This document shows positions 20,356-28,240 of a DNA stretch of 64,000 nucleotides, piece after piece; position 1 is the stretch's first letter; each line of letters starts with the position of its first letter. The notes below the pieces were generated by a model that was given only the letters and a program-made list of their open reading frames with translations, made no database searches and had not been told where the DNA came from. The translations under genes were made by a program, and so were the position numbers. This DNA is from Chthoniobacterales bacterium. GTDB lineage: Bacteria; Verrucomicrobiota; Verrucomicrobiia; Chthoniobacterales; UBA6821. The stretch spans positions 345 to 64,344 of the forward strand of contig DAISZK010000001.1 in the NCBI GenBank assembly GCA_036824855.1, given 5' to 3'.

Positions 20356-20422
20356 GGAGGTTGCTTACTGAATTGGGTAAAGCAAGACGATGGCAAAAAG
20401 GATATTTTCAGGAACTGAAATG

Positions 20423-21916
20423 TCAGTACTTCAGATCAATGACCGAGGCGATCGGGTCGGGAGCCTTTGAGGGAAGTCCGGAAACCGTGATCCCCCTGTC
20501 ATTTTGAATCACGGTCAGTTTGACCAACGGATCAGCCAGCAGGGAGGCTGACGAGATCCGGTAAGCGAAGGCTGGGACGCTGATTTTTCCATTCGCGGGC
20601 CACTTGAAGACGATCAGATAGAGATGCCCCGGTTTCTGGGTGGCTCGCCACTTCCAATCAGGAATAAAAAGAGGTTTACCGGTCTTCTGATCCCTGCGCC
20701 ACCAACTGAATGATCCGGCTTCACGTCCAAAAGGAGTCGGACCGGTCCCATAGATAGCGGAACCATTGACCTTCATCCAGTTTCCGACTTCGGCAAGCCG
20801 ATCGAGGCTTTCCCTCGGGATGCACCCCTGGGCATCCGGACCTACATTGAGGAGATAGTTACCCCCCTTGCTCGCGATATCGCAGAGATTTCTGATCAAA
20901 GTCCCGGTTGATTTCCAGTGATAGTCACCCCGTTTGTATCCCCAGGAGTCATTGAAGGTCATGCAGGTCTCCCAATCCCTTCCGGGAAATCCCTGGGGTG
21001 GGATGAATCCTTCTGGAGTCTCTGTGTCACCGGGAAAATATTTTTTGCCGGCTGGGTCCTTGGTGTTGCTGAGGCGGTTATTCTGAATCAGTCCCGGACG
21101 CACTTCCTGAACGACGTCGTCGAATTTTGCAGCCCTAGCCTTGGTGATCTCCTTGGGCGTGTCCCACCACAGAATGGCTGGGGTATCCGGTCCATAGTGT
21201 GTGAGCAGTTCTCTCACCTGAGGAATGGCAACATTGTCAATGTAGTCGTCCATATCGCGGTGCTGAGCCTTGTCCCAAGGTCCTTTTTCCCGCTCCGGAT
21301 GCTTGGGCATGGAAAGCCCAATCGCACCACCATTGTTCCAGTCCTGCGCGTGCGAATAGTAGAAGCCTAGCTTGATGCCCTGCTTGCGGCACTCCTCGGC
21401 CAGGGCCTTGAGGGGATCCTTTTTGTAGGCCGTTGCCCGCACGATTGTCCAGTCGCTGGCCTTGGAATCAAACATCGCGAACCCGTCATGATGCTTGGCT
21501 GTGATCACGATGTACTTCATGCCGGCGGATTTCGCAGCGGCGACAAATTGGACGGCATCGAATCGCTGCGGATTGAACTCTTTGGCATACTGCCGGTACT
21601 CCCGGACAGAAATCCGGGCATCATGCATCAGCCATTCGCTGAATCCCGGGACTCGTTTCCCATGATACCACCCTGCGGGAACCGAAAACACGCCCCAGTG
21701 GATGAACATCCCGAACTTCGCATCACGCCACCATCCCATGCGCGAGTCGCGCTGGGTCTTTGTCTCTCCCGATACCGACGAGAGCGGATGCGCGGGGTCG
21801 GAGACGGGTCGCGAGGCGGGCATCACCAAGATAGTAGCGCTCGGATCAGGATTAATGGGTTCGCCGTGCGCAAGAGAGGCGGCGAGAAGACCGACGAGCA
21901 CGACGGAGATCTTCAT
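20423..21916 (-). CDS. GH29 alpha-L-fucosidase (paralog 2)
   Basis: The protein has a signal peptide. Motifs are [20 protein letters not shown] and [16 protein letters not shown]. It is collinear with the adjacent GH29 along its whole length. Confidence 0.88.
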   Translation of the reverse strand: [497 protein letters not shown]

Positions 21917-21982
21917 GGTATGGATGATTTAAGTCTTTTAAAAAGTGTGAACAGTGAAGGCGTTAACAGTTGTGTGTGGCAA

Positions 21983-23674
21983 TCACCCTCTTTTTTCCGG
22001 TGAGACCTTTAGGAGGATTACTCCATGGACAGGCACTTCAGCCCCATAGGAACCATCGAAAGCCCCTAGATCTTTCTGCCGCCAAAGGTCGCGCAGAATC
22101 TGTTTTCCCGAAAATCCCGCCTGCTTCCAATCCAGGGTAACCTGAGCAGGGGTCTCGCCCGTGTTGAAAAGCCCAACAGCCTTGGTGCCATCAGCGAGTT
22201 CCTTGACGTAGACCTTCAGCGGACCCTCAGGGGAAACGCAGACCGCCGGTTTACAGAGTTCGTCCTGATCGATGGCCAGCACCTCGTCATTGGTGATCAG
22301 GCCGAGTGTGAAGAGGTCGAGATGTTCAAGATCGCATCCGAGCAGCAACGGTGCGGAAAGTAGGCACCAGAGTGAGACATGGGAGTACTGCTCGTCCGGA
22401 GTAAGGTTGGAGGGATGCGGATTCCCCCACCCAACGCGCCCCACCACCAGCATGTCAGGATCGTTGAAATGACCGGGACCCTGATAAGCAGCCCAGGCAG
22501 TCTGCTTGCCAAAACCAATGCCGCTCATGCTTTTCCAACTGTCATTGATATCGCCGGTCGTTCGCCAGAGGTTTGAGAGGTGCTGCCAGTCGGCAGCATT
22601 TTGAAAAGGCGCGGAATTGGAGAGACTGTAAACGATATCCCGGCCTGTCGCCCTAAGAGCATTGACCATGGCCTCGACATGAGGAACATCAATCGGGTTC
22701 CAATCATACTTGAGGTAATCGACTCCCCATTCAGCCCATTGCTTTGCATCCTGTTCTTGGAACGGATAGGTGCCGAATTTCCAGTTCGACTTTCGCTTGG
22801 CCATAATCTCAGCGCCTTCCTTGCTCTTGTTCCGTGCCGCCTCATTCTGGGCTCCAGCAGCCATTTGGTTGAAGGCTACTTCCGTTTTTCCGATCCTGTA
22901 GTATTCGTTGTGATCGCCTGATTCGATCCAGTCATAGACCCCGTTTTGATTGTCACAGGAACTGCCGATATGCCCCTCGTAACTCCCCCTCCACGGGGTG
23001 GAGTAGATGCCGAAACTAAGACCCATGCCATGGATTTGATCGGCGAGGGCCTTGATGTCGGGGAACTTGGAATTCGGTTGGATCGCATTCCAGGAGCCGC
23101 CGCGTTTACCCTGCCAGCCGTCGTCGATATTGATGTAGGTCCATCCATGCTGATCGAGACCTGAAGCTTTCATAGCCTCTGCGGAGCTGAGGACTTTCTC
23201 CTGGCTCACCTTGCCACCCCAGCAGTTCCAACTGTTCCATCCCATGGGGGGAGTCAGGGAGATCTGCTCCCCGACAACAATCTTCAGGGAATGCTTACTC
23301 TCCCCTTTGTCATTGCGTGCGATCAGGGTCACTGCGTTCGTGCCGACCTGAACGACTGAACCGGTGATCCTGCCGGTGGCCGAATCAAGCGAGAGCCCCT
23401 TGGGTAAGCCCTCGGCGGTGAAGGTCATCGGACGGGATCCGGTCGCTGGAATTGCGAAAAGAAATGGGGATCCGGGACGAACGCCATACACCGATGGACC
23501 GTGAATTCTGGGAGTCAATGGGGCCAGCGGGGTCAGCGAATCCGGCAATGATGCGACGGCTGAAGCTTTCGATTTGGGCTCGGGCGTGGGCCTCGCGCCC
23601 TCCGCATGGAGGGGTAGGGTCAGCAGGAGTACGGTAAGAATGGCAAGGGAGTAAAAGTACAGGGGGTGTTTCAT
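21983..23674 (-). CDS. GH27 family glycosidase (alpha-galactosidase / alpha-GalNAc-ase / beta-L-arabinopyranosidase family) with N-terminal Ig-like module (paralog 1)
   Basis: The start is trimmed to ATG 23674 (MKHPLYFYSLAILTVLLL, a signal peptide). That ATG shares one base with the upstream gene's stop (TAATG). GH27 motifs are LTPPMGWNSWNCWG, INIDDGWQG and LKYDWNP. The N-terminal segment FTAEGLPKGLSLDSATGRITG looks Ig-like. Confidence 0.85.
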   Translation of the reverse strand: MKHPLYFYSLAILTVLLLTLPLHAEGARPTPEPKSKASAVASLPDSLTPLAPLTPRIHGPSVYGVRPGSPFLFAIPATGSRPMTFTAEGLPKGLSLDSATGRITGSVVQVGTNAVTLIARNDKGESKHSLKIVVGEQISLTPPMGWNSWNCWGGKVSQEKVLSSAEAMKASGLDQHGWTYINIDDGWQGKRGGSWNAIQPNSKFPDIKALADQIHGMGLSFGIYSTPWRGSYEGHIGSSCDNQNGVYDWIESGDHNEYYRIGKTEVAFNQMAAGAQNEAARNKSKEGAEIMAKRKSNWKFGTYPFQEQDAKQWAEWGVDYLKYDWNPIDVPHVEAMVNALRATGRDIVYSLSNSAPFQNAADWQHLSNLWRTTGDINDSWKSMSGIGFGKQTAWAAYQGPGHFNDPDMLVVGRVGWGNPHPSNLTPDEQYSHVSLWCLLSAPLLLGCDLEHLDLFTLGLITNDEVLAIDQDELCKPAVCVSPEGPLKVYVKELADGTKAVGLFNTGETPAQVTLDWKQAGFSGKQILRDLWRQKDLGAFDGSYGAEVPVHGVILLKVSPEKRG

Positions 23675-25170
23675 TATGGCTTGGTGAACCGCAGTAGTGA
23701 TGCCGATGCGGGCGGAACGGTCATGGAAATTGTTCCGGAGGTGGCTCCAGCGATGGGTTGCCAACCGCCCCTCCAAGTGCCGTCAGCTGAAATCGAGGAA
23801 TCCCCCAAGGTAATCTCCGACTTCGCCGCAATGTCTCCTTTTTTCTGAATCAGATCCAGTCTCTCCCAGGAGCCACTCAAGGTGACCTGAGGAAGATTGA
23901 TTGAGACAAGCACGGGTATGCCCTGCGCACCATGACTTTTGTTGATGACCGTGATGAGGTAGGAATTCCCATCCTGATAGGCATAGGCCGAGACATTGGC
24001 CTTTCCCTCCATGCGTGTGGAAAGGATGTGTCCTTTTGCTCCCTGCGTAAAAGCCAGATGGGAATATGCAATAGGATGAACCTCAAATCCCTTACCATTC
24101 GAGCCATAAACAAAGGAGGCATAGTTGGGGGCATGAAATCCCCCATTCATTCCGACACTTTCCCCGGTGTGATAATTAAGACCAAGAATTCCATGGGACC
24201 CCCACCAATGATCCCAGTCAAGCGACCAGAGGGTGGATGCATAGGTGTCGCTGGCACCCTTGGCGCCCCCGTTGTAGCAGCTGTTCATCTCGTCAATCCG
24301 GTAGGGAACCCGCAACTGAGAGAGCGGTTTAGCAGTTGCCTCGTAGAGTTTCTCATACTGCCCGTGATTCGATTCCGAAAGAAAACGATCCCTTGTCCCC
24401 ACAGGATCTTTCTCAGCATTCCTGCCGGAACCGAAGATGTAATAGTGGGTGCTCACCATCGAGAGATGCCCCGAATCTCCAAGATCTTTCGCGAGATTAA
24501 TTGCAAATGATTCCTTACCCGCAACCGATGGTCCCTCGATCCGAGCCTGCGGAACAGATTGAAGAATGGCGTCGTAATGAGGCTTCCACAGGGAGAAGTA
24601 GATGCCATATCGCTCATTCTTGACCTGTTTAAAACAATCCGGCTCATTTCCAATGGAGAAGGCATCGAGAAGGTCCGCGTAATGGTCATCGATATACTTG
24701 GCCAGTTTCGCCGACGTGGAAGGAGAACCGTTTTCAAGCCGGAAGGAGTAAATGACCTTTACTCCGGCCGCTTTTGCGAATCCGAATAGGGCATCGATAT
24801 CTTTTTCTCCCGGAACCGGTATCGAGGGATTATCGACCGCATTCGCACCAACGCGAAGATTACTGATCCCCAGCGTCTTAAATAGCGTCACAAGGGGAGC
24901 GTTGGTAGCATCAAAATAATACTTCCCATCGCAGGGAAGGAGCATGCTCGATTCGTAACTCAGTCCGAGGAAGCCCGGCGGGAGTTCCCTGTCTTTCTTA
25001 GGCTCCTCAACATGGAGGGTGATCGACGCGGTCTGAGGGGGGGCTGCTAGCGAATTATTCTGAACGGCAGTCTCGGTTCCGGCATTGGTATTTGTACGGA
25101 CGTTGACAGTTGTGGCCTCTTCGGCGGAGAGCATGGAAACCAAAAGCAGAAGGAAGAGGGGGGATTTCAT
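23674..25170 (-). CDS. GH79 family glycosidase (beta-glucuronidase/heparanase family)
   Basis: The protein has a signal peptide. The acid/base block is FSIGNEPD. The nucleophile block RIDEMNSCYNGGAKGASDTYASTLWSLDW matches the heparanase-type pattern GE-T/S-S-x-x-Y-GGG-x-x-x-SDT-x-A-x-x-x-W-LD. Confidence 0.72.
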   Translation of the reverse strand: MKSPLFLLLLVSMLSAEEATTVNVRTNTNAGTETAVQNNSLAAPPQTASITLHVEEPKKDRELPPGFLGLSYESSMLLPCDGKYYFDATNAPLVTLFKTLGISNLRVGANAVDNPSIPVPGEKDIDALFGFAKAAGVKVIYSFRLENGSPSTSAKLAKYIDDHYADLLDAFSIGNEPDCFKQVKNERYGIYFSLWKPHYDAILQSVPQARIEGPSVAGKESFAINLAKDLGDSGHLSMVSTHYYIFGSGRNAEKDPVGTRDRFLSESNHGQYEKLYEATAKPLSQLRVPYRIDEMNSCYNGGAKGASDTYASTLWSLDWDHWWGSHGILGLNYHTGESVGMNGGFHAPNYASFVYGSNGKGFEVHPIAYSHLAFTQGAKGHILSTRMEGKANVSAYAYQDGNSYLITVINKSHGAQGIPVLVSINLPQVTLSGSWERLDLIQKKGDIAAKSEITLGDSSISADGTWRGGWQPIAGATSGTISMTVPPASASLLRFTKP

Positions 25171-25282
25171 AGTGTGTCACACTCGGTGATGCTGCCTCGG
25201 ATGGCAATGAAGGATACAAGGGTACCATCTACTAAATGGTCTCCGAAAACGCCGTAAAAGAAATCTATGTCCGTGTTGCTCA

Positions 25283-28141
25283 TCATCGGCGGCCTATCAG
25301 AAATCCCGCATCGACCCAATCGGCATGATCTGTGGCGATTCCGTCCCCACCATCGGTCACAACAAGCCGGAGTTCCTTGAACCCGGGCTTGAGGGGCACG
25401 TCAAAAGACCATCTGCTTTTGCAGTTCTTGATCCCGATGACCGGGGAGGAGGCCAAAAGTTCGGGCTGGGATCCAGGCTGCTTCGTATCACCGTAAACCT
25501 CGAAGGTGACGCTGCCACCGGTGGAGGCCACTTCATCATCGATACCCGCAAGGGCAACGAACCGGGAAGCTTTGGGAGGTATGGCGAACACAGCGAGGGA
25601 TCGTGCATGGCAGCCGATTCCCTTGGCATAGGTGACACCGGCAACACGGAGGGGATTTCCACCAATGGAGCGGTTTGGAGCCGAGTGTCCATTGCCATTC
25701 TCCATCTTCAGGGCGGGCAGATCGCTCAGGTGAAGGTCCGGTTTTGGCGGATCAGAGAGATCCTGGAGCATCACAGGTTGGTGGATTTCGATATCCTTGC
25801 GCCGTGACTCCGGAAGGACGTTGAGGAGCTCGATTTTGCCGCCACGGAAACGACACTCCACGGTCGTTTGCTCGGGCGCATGCAGTTTGAAATCCACATC
25901 CCAATTTGCCGGCCACGCAGGAAAGAGAACGACTTTCCTTCCATCAGCAGCCAACAGCATACTTTGAAGGCCAACCATGCCGGAACCTCCCCAGTTGTGG
26001 TCAGGAATCCAATCATGTCCCGGTCCGAAGAAAGCCGGAAAGCGTTGGCTGCGTCCGCTGTCCGACCATTTGTTGAGGAGATAGAAGTGGGCCTCGTCAG
26101 TCATGCCCATAAGGGCCACGGCGGAGAGGGTGGGCTGCCAGCTGATATCCTGTTTGCAGTGTTCGGCGCGGTCGGCCGGTATGTTCTTCCAAGTGTCACG
26201 CATCATTGGCAGCGTGTCGGGTTCCGTGACACCGGTCAGCCTGTAGGGAAAGAGCGTATAGCTTTCGTTGAACTCATCCTTGTTGTACTCGGCCTCCCAA
26301 CCTGCCGCAGGAAGAAGGATTTTCTCTCCGGAAGCTTTCTTCGAGACAGGAAGATCAGGAAGGGTTGGCTTCACTTTTTCGAAGAACTCTCTTGTTTCCT
26401 TGGGAACCGAGGACTCGGGAAGCGAGAGAACCCTGTCCACGATCCGGTGAAGGCCGGCGACGACTTCGACTGGATTGGTGGCCCCTCCGAGCAGTTCCAG
26501 TCCATTGACCGGGTAGATGACGAGACGTCCCCGGCCATCCAATTCCCTTCCCCTCTCTTTCAGGCGCTCCTTGCGGAAGTGCTCGTCGTAAAATCTGACC
26601 ACCGCCTCGGCCATCGGTATCGAGGGAGCGGGGGCCAGTCCGTAATAATTGGCGAACTCAAGAGCCATCCATGCCTCCTCCACCATCATGGAGTGATGCC
26701 ACCGCAGGTGTCCCATGGCGATGGTCCAATTGAAACTTCCTATGCCCGGTCGACCATCCAAGGTGAGGACCTCCGGAAAAATGGCACCGGGGTGTTTCAT
26801 GTAGACCTCACTGGCAGCCTGTGCCACGAGAAGATTCCGTCGGTAGAACTCATAAGTCGGCGCGGAGGTGTCGAGATCTCCCGCCATGAGACCGGGCCAC
26901 CCCAGCCAGCGCTGGTTCTGTCCGAAGAACAAACTCCCCCAAAGCCGGAAATCGGGTGTTTCCGAACGACCCGGCTGGATCACAGGATCATCCGAACGAT
27001 GGGTCCAGGCTTCGATTCCCTTCCACGGCTCGACGGTGAAAATGCCGCCGTTGAACTTGAGTGGGATCGCTCCTCCCTGGTTGCAAGCCCTCATGTAGCG
27101 AAAGAGAGCGTAATTTTTCCCGCACTGATAAGCCCGATCCCCAAGGCTCCCGCGCGGATTGATCACGATCCATGATCTGTTCCAATACTTGGACCAACGC
27201 TCCCGGTTGGCCTCCGCCCCTTTGTTGATGCTCTCGGGTGTCAACGAATCCGTGACCTTACGATCAATCATTGACTGCCACTTGGTGAGATCCTGCGAGT
27301 GATCAGCCTCTAGGGCTACGGCAATCGAAATCGACTTTGAGGGCGGTTGCGTCATGGCTGACCAGGCACGCCCGGACCAGGATTGCCAATGGACTGGATT
27401 CGGTGCCGGTGTCACGGCAATCTTGGGCATGGATGCGATCGCCCCGCCAATGACGCAGTCCACCGCCGGATCCGACCACCCCTCCTTTTCGACATCTTTG
27501 GCTAGGATCTCCTTCGGCATCTGGAGGGTCTCTGATCGCTTGTTCAGATGAGCCCATCGGACGATGCCATCATCTGTTGATACATCGTAAGGAAGGGCCC
27601 CGGGATCGTTATGCATCATTCCATCATCCCTCTTCCCGTCCCAGATTCCGTATTCGACTTTCATTGACTGATCCGTGCCGCAGGTGGAGTCGAGATGTAG
27701 GACCCCGGATGCCGGATCAAACCAGAGCTTTAAGTCATAGGAAGCCTGATCGGCTGTGCGAGCATGGATGACGATCTTTCCACTCTCCAGTTCCAGCTTT
27801 TGTGAAAAATCCTTGTCACAGAGGAGCGGGCCAGAGACAGGAGTCAGACGGAGGCATCCGAGTTTACGGATGGTGTGATGTTCATCGTACGCCGCGGCAT
27901 GAGCAAGATAGAGCCAGATACTCCCGTCCTGCACCCACACGTTGGCACCCGATCCACGAATTCCGCTAAGGGGCATGGACCCCGCCGAGTTCAGGCTCGG
28001 GGTTGTCCACTCGAGATCGTATTGCCCGACCCAATCACGATTGGACGGGTCTTGCTGAGAGGCCTGGGCCGGAACATGCAAGGAAAGCGATACTCCTAAA
28101 TAGAACATCGCCGCAAAGACAGAAGAATTCGATCTGATCAT
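25283..28141 (-). CDS. Secreted 952-aa protein: unassigned ~780-aa catalytic-size region plus C-terminal NPCBM carbohydrate-binding domain
   Basis: The protein has a signal peptide. The C-terminal ~150 aa read LSDLPALKMENG...GGNPLRVAGVTYAKGIGCHARSLAVFAIP...ALAGIDDEV...GSVTFEVYGD...LRLVVTDGGDGIATDHADWVDAGFL, which matches the NPCBM/NEW2 pattern closely. I could not place the N-terminal part in a family. Confidence 0.7.
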   Translation of the reverse strand: MIRSNSSVFAAMFYLGVSLSLHVPAQASQQDPSNRDWVGQYDLEWTTPSLNSAGSMPLSGIRGSGANVWVQDGSIWLYLAHAAAYDEHHTIRKLGCLRLTPVSGPLLCDKDFSQKLELESGKIVIHARTADQASYDLKLWFDPASGVLHLDSTCGTDQSMKVEYGIWDGKRDDGMMHNDPGALPYDVSTDDGIVRWAHLNKRSETLQMPKEILAKDVEKEGWSDPAVDCVIGGAIASMPKIAVTPAPNPVHWQSWSGRAWSAMTQPPSKSISIAVALEADHSQDLTKWQSMIDRKVTDSLTPESINKGAEANRERWSKYWNRSWIVINPRGSLGDRAYQCGKNYALFRYMRACNQGGAIPLKFNGGIFTVEPWKGIEAWTHRSDDPVIQPGRSETPDFRLWGSLFFGQNQRWLGWPGLMAGDLDTSAPTYEFYRRNLLVAQAASEVYMKHPGAIFPEVLTLDGRPGIGSFNWTIAMGHLRWHHSMMVEEAWMALEFANYYGLAPAPSIPMAEAVVRFYDEHFRKERLKERGRELDGRGRLVIYPVNGLELLGGATNPVEVVAGLHRIVDRVLSLPESSVPKETREFFEKVKPTLPDLPVSKKASGEKILLPAAGWEAEYNKDEFNESYTLFPYRLTGVTEPDTLPMMRDTWKNIPADRAEHCKQDISWQPTLSAVALMGMTDEAHFYLLNKWSDSGRSQRFPAFFGPGHDWIPDHNWGGSGMVGLQSMLLAADGRKVVLFPAWPANWDVDFKLHAPEQTTVECRFRGGKIELLNVLPESRRKDIEIHQPVMLQDLSDPPKPDLHLSDLPALKMENGNGHSAPNRSIGGNPLRVAGVTYAKGIGCHARSLAVFAIPPKASRFVALAGIDDEVASTGGSVTFEVYGDTKQPGSQPELLASSPVIGIKNCKSRWSFDVPLKPGFKELRLVVTDGGDGIATDHADWVDAGFLIGRR

Positions 28142-28181
28142 ACGTCCATATTCAGGAGATCAGAGTCAGCGTGGGAAAAGG

Positions 28182-28210
28182 GTGCTTGCCTCACCGCAGG
28201 CGGTTAGCAC
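28182..28210 (-). terminator. Possible intrinsic terminator after the 1137-aa gene
   Basis: GTGCT (28182..28186) pairs with AGCAC (28206..28210), and an inner GCCT/AGGC pair sits at 28188..28191 and 28198..28201. On the minus strand the hairpin is followed by CCCTTTTCCC. The U-tract is short. Confidence 0.3.
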
Positions 28211-28240
28211 GTTAAGACGAATGCAGGAGGCAGAATTTCT

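Noticed and set aside
20359-20386. An imperfect hairpin (TTGCTTAC...GTAAAGCAA) between the two GH29 genes.
   Set aside because: The stem is bulged and short, and no U-run follows on the minus strand. The two genes are probably co-transcribed, and the evidence is insufficient for a feature call.
25868-27175. A 435-aa plus-strand ORF inside the NPCBM-protein gene.
   Set aside because: It is antisense to a 952-aa ORF that has a signal peptide and a clear NPCBM domain. Its composition is low-complexity, and it has no start context or motif support.
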